This document shows positions 39,901-52,800 of a stretch of DNA of 64,000 nt, in pieces (within the stretch, counting starts at the first letter, position 1; every line of letters starts with the position of its first letter). Source of the stretch: Leptogorgia sarmentosa (lineage: Eukaryota); NCBI GenBank assembly GCA_964658305.1, contig OZ210885.1:16306001-16370000 (forward strand), read 5' to 3'. The notes under the pieces are model-generated. The model was given only the letters and a program-made list of their open reading frames with translations. It made no database searches and was not told where the DNA came from. Both the position numbers and the translations under genes were made by a program.

Positions 39901-42900
39901 TACGTCCATACCAGTAGGAAAATACCGGTTCTCGTCTGATCACCGAAGTTAAGCCTAGGTGGGCCAAGTTAGTACTTGGATGGGTGACTACCTGGGAATA
40001 CTTTGTGTTGTAGACTTGCTTCATTTTATTATATGTGTGTTTGTAAATAGGTTTGCTTTCAATTTCAACTTCAGGGTTTTGTTATTGTTACACGTTTAAA
40101 AAGTGTAACTTCCATCAACAAATGTCTACGACCATACCAGTAGGAAAATACCGGTTCTCGTCTGATCACCGAAGTTAAGCCTAGGTGGGAAAAGTTAGTA
40201 CTTGGATGGGTGACCACCTGGGAATACTTTGTGTTGTAGACTTGCTTCATTTTATTGTATGTGTGTTTGTAAATAGGTTTGCTTTCAATTTCAGCTTCAG
40301 GGTTTTCTTATTGTTGCACGTTTAAAAAGTGTAACTTCCATGAACAAATGTCTACGACCATACCAGTAGGAAAATACCGGTTCTCGTCTGATCACCGAAG
40401 TTAAGCCTAGGTGGGCCAAGTTAGTACTTGGATGGGTGACTACCTGGGAATACTTTGTGTTGTAGACTTGCTTCATTTTATTATATGTGTGTTTGTAAAT
40501 AGGTTTGCTTTCAATTTCAACTTCAGGGTTTTGTTATTGTTACACGTTTAAAAAGTGTAACTTCCATCAACAAATGTCTACGACCATACCAGTAGGAAAA
40601 TACCGGTTCTCGTCTGATCACCGAAGTTAAGCCTAGGTGGGAAAAGTTAGTACTTGGATGGGTGACCACCTGGGAATACTTTGTGTTGTAGACTTGCTTC
40701 ATTTTATTGTATGTGTGTTTGTAAATAGGTTTGCTTTCAATTTCAGCTTCAGGGTTTTCTTATTGTTGCACGTTTAAAAAGTGTAACTTCCATCAACAAA
40801 TGTCTACGACCATACCAGTAGGAAAATACCGGTTCTCGTCTGATCACCGAAGTTAAGCCTAGGTGGGAAAAGTTAGTACTTGGATGGGTGACCACCTGGG
40901 AATACTTTGTGTTGTAGACTTGCTTCATTTTATTGTATGTGTGTTTGTAAATAGGTTTGCTTTCAATGTAAACTTCAGGGATTTTGTTATTGCTACATCT
41001 GGAAATACTTTGTATTGTTGTTTTGCTAAATGTTATTTAATGCCTATTTGTAAATATAATTCCTTTCAATTTCAACTTCAGGGTTTTGTTATTGTTACAC
41101 GTTTAAAAAGTGTTACTTCCATCAACAAATGTCTACGACCATACCAGTAGCAAAATACCGGTTCTCGTCTGATCACCGAAGTTAAGCCTAGGTGGGCAAA
41201 GTTAGTACTTGGATGGGTGACCACCTGGGAATACTTTGTGTTGTAGGCTTGCTTCATTTTATTGTATGTGTGTTTGTAAATAGGTTTGCTTTCAATTTCA
41301 ACTTCAGGGTTTTGTTATTGTTACACGTTTAAAAAGTGTTACTTCCATCAACAAATGTCTACGACCATACCAGTAGCAAAATACCGGTTCTCGTCTGATC
41401 ACCGAAGTTAAGCCTAGGTGGGCAACGTTAGTACTTGGATGGGTGACCACCTGGGAATACTTTGTGTTGTAGACTTGCTTCATTTTATTGTATGTGTGTT
41501 TGTAAATAGGTTTGCTTTCAATTTCAACTTCAGGGTTTTGTTATTGTTACACGTTTAAAAAGTGTTACTTCCATCAACAAATGTCTACGACCATACCAGT
41601 AGCAAAATACCGGTTCTCGTCTGATCACCGAAGTTAAGCCTGGGTGGGCAAAGTTAGTACTTGGATGGGTGACCACCTGGGAATACTTTGTGTTGTAGAC
41701 TTGCTTCATTTTATTGTATGTGTGTTTGTAAATAGGTTTGCTTTCAATTTCAACTTCAGGGTTTTGTTATTGTTACACGTTTAAAAAGTGTAACTTCCAT
41801 CAACAAATGTCTACGACCATACCAGTAGGAAAATACCAGTTCTTGTCTGATCACCGAAGTTAAGCCTAGGTGGGCAAAGTTAGTACTTGGATGGGTGACT
41901 ACCTGGGAATACTTTGTGTTGTAGACTTGCTTCATTTTATTGTTTGTGTGTTTGTAAATAGGTTTGCTTTCAATTTCAACTTCAGGGTTTTGTTATTGTT
42001 ACACGTTTAAAAAGTGTAACTTCCATCAACAAATGTCTACGACCATACCAGTAGGAAAATAGCGGTTCTCGTCTGATCACCGAAGTTAAGCCTAGGTGGG
42101 CAAAGTTAGTACTTGGATGGGTGACCACCTGGGAATACTTTGTGTTGTAGACTTGCTTCATTTTGTTGTATGTGTGTTTGTAAGTAGGTTTGCTTTCAAT
42201 TTCAACTTCAGGGTTTTGTTATTGTTACACGTTTAAAAAGTGTAACTTCCATCAACAAATGTCTACGACCATACCAGTAGGAAAATACCGGTTCTCGTCT
42301 GATCACCGAAGTTAAGCCTAGGTGGGCAAAGTTAGTACTTGGATGGGTGACTACCTGGGAATACTTTGTGTTGTAGACTTGCTTCATTTTATTGTATGTG
42401 TGTTTGTAAATAGGTTTGCTTTCAATTTCAACTTCAGGGTTTTGTTATTAATACACACGTTTAAAAAGTGTAACTTCCATCAACAAATGTCTACAACCAT
42501 ACCAGTAGGAAAATACCGGTTCTCGTCTGATCACCGAAGTTAGGCCTAGGTGGGAAAAGTTAGTACTTGGATGGGTGACCACCTGGGAATACTTTGTGTT
42601 GTAGACTTGCTTCATTTTATTGTATGTGTGTTTGTAAATAGGTTTGCTTTCAATGTAAACTTCAGGGATTTTGTTATTGCTACATCTGGAAATACTTTGT
42701 ATTGTTGTTTTGCTAAATGTTATTTAATGCCTATTTGTAAATATAATTCCTTTCAATTTCAACTTCAGGGTTTTGTTATTGTTACACGTTTAAAATGTGT
42801 AACTTCCATGAACAAATGTCTACGTCCATACCAGTAGGAAAATACCGGTTCTCGTCTGATCACCGAAGTTAAGCCTAGGTGGGCCAAGTTAGTACTTGGA

Positions 42901-45147
42901 TGGGTGACTACCTGGGAATACTTTGTGTTGTAGACTTGCTTCATTTTATTATATGTGTGTTTGTAAATAGGTTTGCTTTCAATTTCAACTTCAGGGTTTT
43001 GTTATTGTTACACGTTTAAAAAGTGTAACTTCCATCAACAAATGTCTACGACCATACCAGTAGGAAAATACCGGTTCTCGTCTGATCACCGAAGTTAAGC
43101 CTAGGTGGGAAAAGTTAGTACTTGGATGGGTGACCACCTGGGAATACTTTGTGTTGTAGACTTGCTTCATTTTATTGTATGTGTGTTTGTAAATAGGTTT
43201 GCTTTCAATTTCAGCTTCAGGGTTTTCTTATTGTTGCACGTTTAAAAAGTGTAACTTCCATCAACAAATGTCTACGACCATACCAGTAGGAAAATACCGG
43301 TTCTCGTCTGATCACCGAAGTTAAGCCTAGGTGGGAAAAGTTAGTACTTGGATGGGTGACCACCTGGGAATACTTTGTGTTGTAGACTTGCTTCATTTTA
43401 TTGTATGTGTGTTTGTAAATAGGTTTGCTTTCAATGTAAACTTCAGGGATTTTGTTATTGCTACATCTGGAAATACTTTGTATTGTTGTTTTCCTAAATG
43501 TTATTTAATGCCTATTTGTAAATATAATTCCTTTCAATTTCAACTTCAGGGTTTTGTTATTGTTACACATTTAAAAAGTGTAACTTCCATCAACAAATGT
43601 CTACGACCGTACGAGTAGGAAAATAGCGGTTCTCGTCTGATCACCGAAGTTAAGCCTAGGTGGGCAAAGTTAGTAGTTGGATGGGTGACCACCTGGGAAT
43701 ACTTTGTGTTGTAGACTTGCTTCATTTTATTGTATGTGTGTTTGTAAATAGGTTTGCTTTCAATGTAAACTTCAGGGATTTTGTTATTGCTACATCTGGA
43801 AATACTTTGTATTGTTGTTTTGCTAAATGTTATTTAATGCCTATTTGTAAATATAATTCCTTTCAATTTCAACTTCAGGGTTTTGTTATTGTTACACGTT
43901 TAAAAAGTGTTACTTCCATCAACAAATGTCTACGATGATACCAGTAGGAAAATACCGGTTCTTGTCTGATCACCGAAGTTAAGCCTAGGTGGGCAAAGTT
44001 AGTACTTGGATGGGTGACTACCTGGGAATACTTTGTGTTGTAGACTTGCTTGATTTTATTGTATGTGTGTTTGTAAATATAATTCCTTTCAATTTCAACT
44101 TCAGGGTTTTGTTATTGTTACACGTTTAAAAAGTGTTACTTCCATCAACAAATGTCTACGACCATACCAGTAGCAAAATACCGGTTCTCGTCTGATCACC
44201 GAAGTTAAGCCTAGGTGGGCAAAGTTAGTACTTGGATGGGTGACCACCTGGGAATACTTTGTGTTGTAGACTTGCTTCATTTTATTGTATGTGTGTTTGT
44301 AAATTGGTTTGCTTTCAATTTCAACTTCAGGGTTTTGTTATTGTTACACGTTTAAAAAGTGTTACTTCCATCAACAAATGTCTACGACCGTACCAGTAGC
44401 AAAATACCGGTTCTCGTCTGATCACCGAAGTTAAGCCTAGGTGGGCAACGTTAGTACTTGGATGGGTGACCACCTGGGAATACTTTGTGTTGTAGACTTG
44501 CTTCATTTTATTGTATGTGTGTTTGTAAATAGGTTTGCTTTCAATTTCAACTTCAGGGTTTTGTTATTGTTACACGTTTAAAAAGTGTTACTTCCATCAA
44601 CAAATGTCTACGACCATACCAGTAGCAAAATACCGGTTCTCGTCTGATCACCGAAGTTAAGCCTAGGTGGGCAAAGTTAGTACTTGGATTGGTGACCACC
44701 TGGGAATACTTTGTGTTGTAGACTTGCTTCATTTTATTGTATGTGTGTTTGTAAATAGGTTTGCTTTCAATTTCAACTTCAGGGTTTTGTTATTGTTACA
44801 CGTTTAAAAAGTGTAACTTCCATCAACAAATGTCTACGACCATACCAGTAGGAAAATACCAGTTCTTGTCTGATCACCGAAGTTAAGCCTAGGTGGGCAA
44901 AGTTAGTACTTGGATGGGTGACTACCTGGGAATACTTTGTGTAGTAGACTTGCTACATTTTATTGTATGTGTGTTTGTAAATAGGTTTGCTTTCAATTTC
45001 AACTTCAGGGTTTTGTTATTGTTACACGTCTAAAAAGTGTAACTTCCATCAACAAATGTCTACGACCATACCAGTAGGAAAATACCGGTTCTCGTCTGAT
45101 CACCGAAGTTAGGCCTAGGTGGGAAAAGTTAGTACTTGGATGGGTGA
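36972..45147 (+). repeat. ~8-kb dispersed duplicate of ~14970-23145 (offset 22002); bounds approximate
   Basis: ORF starts 15649/37651, 16744/38746, 18861/40863, 20320/42322, 21658/43660 all differ by 22002; shared private variants GTAGGCTT, GCCTGGGT, GTGTAGTAG, CACGTCTA. Confidence 0.85.
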
Positions 45148-46167
45148 CCACCTGGGAATATTTTGTGTTGTAGACTTGCTTCATTTCATTGTATGTGTGT
45201 TTGTAAATAGGTTTGCTTTCAATTTCAACTTCAGGGTTTTGTTATTGTTGCACGTTTAAAAAGTGTAACTTCCATCAACAAATGTCTACGACCATACCAG
45301 TAGGAAAATACCGGTTTTCGTCTGATCACCGAAGTTAAGCCTAGGTGGGCAAAGTTAGTACTTGGATGGGTGACTACCTGGGAATACTTTGTGTTGTAGA
45401 CTTGCTTCATTTTATTGTATGTGTGTTTGTAAATAGGTTTGCTTTCAATGTAAACTTCAGGGATTTTGTTATTGCTACATCTGGAAATACTTTGTATTGT
45501 TGTTTTGCTGAATGTTATTTAATGCCTATTTGTAAATATAATTCCTTTCAATTTCAACTTCAGGGTTTTGTTATTGTTACACGTTTAAAAAGTGTAACTT
45601 CCTTCAACAAATGTCTACGACCATACCAGTAGGAAAATACCGGTTCTCGTCTGATCACCGAAGTTAAGTCTAGCTGGGAAAAGTTAGTACTTGGATGGGT
45701 GACCAGCTGGGAATACTTTGTGTTGTAGACTTGCTTCATTTTATTGTATGTGTGTTTGTAAATAGGTTTGCTTTCAATGTAAACTTCAGGGATTTTGTTA
45801 TTGCTACTTCTGGAAATACTTTGTATTGTTGTTTTGCTAAATGTTATTTAATGCCTATTTGTAAATATAATTCCTTTCAATTTCAACTTCAGGGTTTTGT
45901 TATTGTTACACGTTTAAAAAGTGTAACTTCCATGAACAAATGTCTACGTCCGTAGCAGTAGGAAAATACCGGTTCTCGTCTGATCACCGAAGTTAAGCCT
46001 AGGTGGCCCAAGTTAGTACTTGGATGGGTGACTACCTGGGAATACTTTGTGTTGTAGACTTGCTTCATTTTATTGTTTGTGTGTTTGTAAATAGGTTTGC
46101 TTTCAATTTCAACTTCAGGGTTTTGTTATTGTTACACGTTTAAAAAGTGTTACTTCCATCAACAAAT

Positions 46168-46286
46168 GTCTACGACCATACCAGTAGAAAATACCGGTTC
46201 TCGTCTGATCACCGAAGTTAAGCCTAGGTGGGAAAAGTTAGTACTTGGATGGGTGACCACCTGGGAATACTTTGTGTTGTAGACTT
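46168..46286 (+). pseudogene. 5S copy with a 1-nt deletion in helix II (119 nt)
   Basis: CCAGTAGAAAATA instead of CCAGTAGGAAAATA; a homopolymer sequencing error is possible. Confidence 0.55.
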
Positions 46287-46495
46287 GCTTCATTTTATTG
46301 TATGTGTGTTTGTAAATAGGTTTGCTTTCAATGTAAACTTCAGGGATTTTGTTATTGCTACATCTGGAAATACTTTGTATTGTTGTTTTCCTAAATGTTA
46401 TTTAATGCCTATTTGTAAATATAATTCCTTTCAATTTCAACTTCAGGGTTTTGTTATTGTTACACATTTAAAAAGTGTAACTTCCATCAACAAAT

Positions 46496-46614
46496 GTCTA
46501 CGACCGTACGAGTTGGAAAATAGCGGTTCTCGTCAATCACCGAAGTTAAGCCTAGGTGGGCAAAGTTAGTAGTTGGATGGGTGACCACCTGGGAATACTT
46601 TGTGTTGTAGCCTT
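46496..46614 (+). pseudogene. Heavily mutated 5S copy with a 1-nt deletion in loop C
   Basis: A11G, C15G, A19T, C28G, CGTCAATCAC for CGTCTGATCAC, C78G, A117C. Confidence 0.75.
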
Positions 46615-49600
46615 GCTTCATTTTATTGTATGTGTGTTTGTAAATAGGTTTGCTTTCAATGTAAACTTCAGGGATTTTGTTATTGCTACATCTGGAAATA
46701 CTTTGTATTGTTGTTTTGCTAAATGTTATTTAATGCCTATTTGTAAATATAATTCCTTTCAATTTCAACTTCAGGGTTTTGTTATTGTTACACGTTTAAA
46801 AAGTGTTACTTCCATCAACAAATGTCTACGACGATACCAGTAGGAAAATACCGGTTCTTGTCTGATCACCGAAGTTAAGCGTAGGTGGGCAAAGTTAGTA
46901 CTTGGATGGGTGACTACCTGGGAATACTTTGTGTTGTAGACTTGCTTCATTTTATTGTATGTGTGTTTGTAAATATAATTCCTTTCAATTTCAACTTCAG
47001 GGTTTTGTTATTGTTACACGTTTGAAAAGTGTAACTTCCATCAACAAATGTCTACGACCATACCAGTAGCAAAATACCGGTTCTCGTCTAATTACCGAAG
47101 TTAAGCCTAGGTGGGCAAAGTTAGTACTTGGATGGGTGACTACCTGGGAATACTTTGTGTTGTAGACTTGCTTCATTTTATTGTTTGTGTGTTTGTAAAT
47201 AGGTTTGCTTTCAATTTCAACTTCAGGGTTTTGTTATTGTTACACGTTTAAAAAGTGTAACTTCCATCAACAAATGTCTACGACCATACCAGTAGGAAAA
47301 TACCGGTTCTCGTCTGATCACCGAAGTTAAGCCTAGGTGGGCAAAGTTAGTACTTGGATGGGTGACCACCTGGGAATACTTTGTGTTGTAGACTTGCTTC
47401 ATTTTGTTGTATGTGTGTTTGTAAGTAGGTTTGCTTTCAATTTCAACTTCAGGGTTTTGTTATTGTTACACGTTTAAAAAGTGTAACTTCCATCAACAAA
47501 TGTCTACGACCATACCAGTAGGAAAATACCGGTTCTCGTCTGATCACCGAAGTTAAGCCTAGGTGGGCAAAGTTAGTACTTGGATGGGTGACTACCTGGG
47601 AATACTTTGTGTTGTAGACTTGCTCCATTTTATTGTATGTGTGTTTGTAAATAGGTTTGCTTTCAATTTCAACTTCAGGGTTTTGTTATTAATACACACG
47701 TTTAAAAAGTGTAACTTCCATCAACAAATGTCTACAACCATACCAGTAGGAAAATACCGGTTCTCGTCTGATCACCGAAGTTAGGCCTAGGTGGGAAAAG
47801 TTAGTACTTGGATGGGTGACCACCTGGGAATACTTTGTGTTGTAGACTTGCTTCATTTTATTGTATGTGTGTTTGTAAATAGGTTTGCTTTCAATTTCAA
47901 CTTCAGGGATTTTGTTATTGCTACATCTGGAAATACTTTGTATTGTTGTTTTGCTAAATGTTATTTAATGCCTATTTGTAAATATAATTCCTTTCAACTT
48001 CAACTTCAGGGTTTTGTTATTGTTACACGTTTAAAAAGTGTAACTTCCATCAACAAGTGTCTACAACCATACCAGTAGGAAAATACCGATTCTCGTCTGA
48101 TCACCGAAGTTAAGCCTAGGTGGGCAAAGTTAGTAGTTGGATGGGTGACCACCTGGGAATACTTTGTGTTGTAGACTTGCTTCATTTTATTGTATGTGTG
48201 TTTGTAAATATAATTCCTTTCAATTTCAACTTCAGGGTTTTGTTATTGTTACACGTTTGAAAAGTGTAACTTCCATCAACAAATGTCTACGACCATACCA
48301 GTAGCAAAATACCGGTTCTCGTCTAATTACCGAAGTTAAGCCTAGGTGGGCAAAGTTAGTACTTGGATGGCTGACCACCTGGGAATACTTTGTGTTGTAG
48401 ACTTGCTTCATTTTATTGTATGTGTGTTTGTAAATAGGTTTGCTTTCAATTTCAACTTCAGGGTTTTGTTATTGTTACACGTTTAAAAAGTGTTACTTCC
48501 ATCAACAAATGTCTACGACCATACCAGTAGGAAAATACCGATTCTCGTCTGATCACCGAAGTTAAGCCTAGGTGGGCAAAGTTAGTACTTGGATGGGGGA
48601 CCACCTGGGAATACTTTGTGTTGTAGACTTCCTTCATTTTATTGTATGTGTGTTTGTAAATAGGTTTGCTTTCAATTTCAACTTCAGGGTTTTGTTATTG
48701 TTACACGTTTAAAAAGAGTAACTTCCATCAACAAATGTCTACGACCATACCAGTAGGAAAATACCGGTTCTTGTCTGATCACCGAAGTTAGGCCTAGGTG
48801 GGAAAAGTTAGTACTTGGATGGGTGACCACCTGGGAATACTTTGTGTTGAAGACTTGCTTCATTTTATTGTATGTGTGTTTGTAAATAGGTTTGCTTTCA
48901 ATTTCAACTTCAGGGATTTTGTTATTGCTACATCTGGAAATATTTTGTATTGTTGTTTTGCTAAATGTTATTTAATGCCTATTTGTAAATATAATTCCTT
49001 TCAACTTCAACTTCAGGGTTTTGTTATTGTTACACGTTTAAAAAGTGTAACTTCCATCAACAAATGTCTACGACCATACCAGTAGGAAAATACCGGTTCT
49101 CGTCTGATCACCGAAGTTAAGCCTAGGTGGGCAAAGTTAGTACTTGGATGGGTGACCACCTGGGAATACTTTGTGTTGTAGACTTGCTTCATTTTATTGT
49201 ATGTGTGTTTGTAAATAGGTTTGCTTTCAATGTAAACTTCAGGGATTTTGTTATTGCTACATCTGGAAATACTTTGTATTGTTGTTTTCCTAAATGTTAT
49301 TTAATGCCTATTTGTAAATATAATTCCTTTCAATTTCAACTTCAGGGTTTTGTTATTGTTACACATTTAAAAAGTGTAACTTGCATCAACAAATGTCTAC
49401 GACCGTACGAGTAGGAAAATACCGGTTCTCGTCTGATCACCGAAGTTAAGCCTAGGTGGGCAAAGTTAGTACTTGGATGGGTGACTACCTGCGAATACTT
49501 TGTGTTGTAGACTTGCTTCATTTTATTGTATGTGTGTTTGTAAATATAATTCCTTTCAATCTCAACTTCAGGGTTTTGTTATTGTTACACGTTTAAAAAG

Positions 49601-49829
49601 TGTAACTTCCATCAATAAATGTCTACGACCATACCACTAGGAAAATACCGGTTCTCGTCTGATCACCGAAGTTAAGCCTAGGTGGGTAAAGTTAGCAGTT
49701 GGATGGGTGACCACCTGGGAATACTTTGCGTTGTAGACTTGCTTCATTTTGTTGTATGTGTGTTTGTAAGTAGGTTTGCTTTCAATTTCAACTTCAGGGT
49801 TTTGTTATTGTTACACGTTTAAAAAGTGT

Positions 49830-52800
49830 AACTTCCATCAATAAATGTCTACGACCATACCACTAGGAAAATACCGGTTCTCGTCTGATCACCGAAGTTA
49901 AGCCTAGGTGGGTAAAGTTAGCAGTTGGATGGGTGACCACCTGGGAATACTTTGCGTTGTAGACTTGCTTCATTTTGTTGTATGTGTGTTTGTAAGTAGG
50001 TTTGCTTTCAATTTCAACTTCAGGGTTTTGTTATTGTTACACGTTTAAAAAGTGTAACTTCCATCAACAAATGTCTACGACCATACCAGTAGGAAAATAC
50101 CGGTTCTCGTCTGATCACCGAAGTTAAGCCTAGGTGGGGAAAGTTAGTACTTGGATGGGTGACTACCTGGGAATACTTTGTGTTGTAGACTTGCTTCATT
50201 TTATTGTTTGTGTGTTTGTAAATAGGTTTGCTTTCAATTTCAACTTCAGGGTTTTGTTATTGTTACACGTTTAAAAAGTGTAACTTCCATCAACACATGT
50301 CTACGACCATACCAGTAGGAAAATACCGGTTCTCGTCTGATCACCGAAGTTAACCCTAGGTGGGCAAAGTTAGTACTTGGATGGGTGACCACCTGGGAAT
50401 ACTTTGTGTTGTAGACTTGCTTCATTTTGTTGTATGTGTGTTTGTAAGTAGGTTTGCTTTCAATTTCAACTTCAGGGTTTTGTTATTGTTACACGTTTAA
50501 AAAGTGTAACTTCCATCAACAAATGTCTACGACCATACCAGTAGGAAAATACCGGTTCTCGTCTGATCACCGAAGTTAGGCCTAGGTGGGAAAAGTTAGT
50601 ACTTGGATGGGTGACCACCTGGGAATACTTTGTGTTGTAGACTTGCTCCATTTTATTGTATGTGTGTTTGTAAATAGGTTTGCTTTCAATGTAAACTTCA
50701 GGGATTTTGTTATTGCTACATCTGGAAATACTTTGTATTGTTGTTTTGCTAAATGTTATTTAATCCCTATTTGTAAATATAATTCCTTTCAATTTCAACT
50801 TCAGGGTTCTGTTATTGTTACACGTTTAAAAAGTGTAACTTCCATCAACAAATGCCTACGACCGTACGAGTAGGAAAATACCGGTTCTCGTCTGATCACC
50901 GAAGTTAAGCCTAGGTGGGTAAAGTTAGCAGTTGGATGGGTGACCACCTGGGAATACTTTGCGTTGTAGACTTGCTTCATTTTGTTGTATGTGTTTTTGT
51001 AAGTAGGTTTGCTTTCAATTTCAACTTCAGGGTTTTGTTATTGTTACACGTTTAAAAAGTGTAACTTCCATCAACAAATGTCTACGACCATACCAGTAGG
51101 AAAATACCGGTTCTCGTCTGATCACCGAAGTTAAGCCTAGGTGGGCAAAGTTAGTACTTGGATGGGTGACCACCTGGGAATACTTTGTGTTGTAGACTTG
51201 CTTCATTTTGTTGTATGTGTGTTTGTAAGTAGGTTTGCTTTCAATTTCAACTTCAGGGTTTTGTTATTGTTACACGTTTAAAAAGTGTAACTTCCATCAA
51301 CAAATGTCTACGACCATACCAGTAGGAAAATACCGGTTCTCGTCTGATCACCGAAGTTAAGCCTAGGTGGGCAAAGTTAGTACTTGGATGGGTGACTACC
51401 TGGGAATAATTTGTGTTGTAGACTTCCTTCATTTTATTGTATGTGTGTTTGTAAATAGGTTTGCTTTCAATTTCAACTTCAGGGTTTTGTTATTAATACA
51501 CACGTTTAAAAAGTGTAACTTCCATCAACAAATGTCTACAACCATACCAGTAGGAAAATACCGGTTCTCGTCTGATCACCGAAGTTAGGCCTAGGTGGGA
51601 AAAGTTAGTACTTGGATGGGTGACCACCTGGGAATACTTTGTGTTGTAGACTTGCTTCATTTTATTGTATGTGTGTTTGTAAATAGGTTTGCTTTCAATT
51701 TCAACTTCAGGGATTTTGTTATTGCTACATCTGGAAATACTTTGTATTGTTGTTTTGCTAAATGTTATTTAATGCCTATTTGTAAATATAATTCCTTTCA
51801 ACTTCAACTTCAGGGTTTTGTTATTGTTACACGTTTAAAAAGTGTAACTTCCATCAACAAGTGTCTACAACCATACCAGTAGGAAAATACCGATTCTCGT
51901 CTGATCACCGAAGTTAAGCCTAGGTGGGCAAAGTTAGTAGTTGGATGGGTGACCACCTGGGAATACTTTGTGTTGTAGACTTGCTTCATTTTGTTGTATG
52001 TGTGTTTGTAAGTAGGTTTGCTTTCAATTTCAACTTCAGGGTTTTGTTATTGTTACACGTTTAAAAAGTGTAACTTCCATCAATAAATGTCTACGACCAT
52101 ACCAGTAGGAAAATACCGGTTCTCGTCTCATCACCGAAGTTAGGCCTAGGTGGGAAAAGTTAGTACTTGGATGGGTGACCACCTGGGAATACTTTGTGTT
52201 GAAGACTTGCTTCATTTTATTGTATGTGTGTTTGTAAATAGGTTTGCTTTCAATTTCAACTTCAGGGATTTTGTTATTGCTACATCTGGAAATATTTTGT
52301 ATTGTTGTTTTGCTAAATGTTATTTAATGCCTATTTGTAAATATAATTCCTTTCAACTTCAACTTCAGGGTTTTGTTATTGTTACACGTTTAAAAAGTGT
52401 AACTTCCATCAACAAATGTCTACGACCATACCAGTAGGAAAATACCGGTTCTCGTCTGATCACCGAAGTTAAGCCTAGGTGGGCAAAGTTAGTACTTGGA
52501 TGGGTGACCACCTGGGAATACTTTGTGTTGTAGACTTGCTTCATTTTATTGTATGTGTGTTTGTAAATAGGTTTGCTTTCAATGTAAACTTCAGGGATTT
52601 TGTTATTGCTACATCTGGAAATACTTTGTATTGTTGTTTTCCTAAATGTTATTTAATGCCTATTTGTAAATATAATTCCTTTCAATTTCAACTTCAGGGT
52701 TTTGTTATTGTTACACATTTAAAAAGTGTAACTTGCATCAACAAATGTCTACGACCGTACGAGTAGGAAAATACCGGTTCTCGTCTGATCACCGAAGTTA

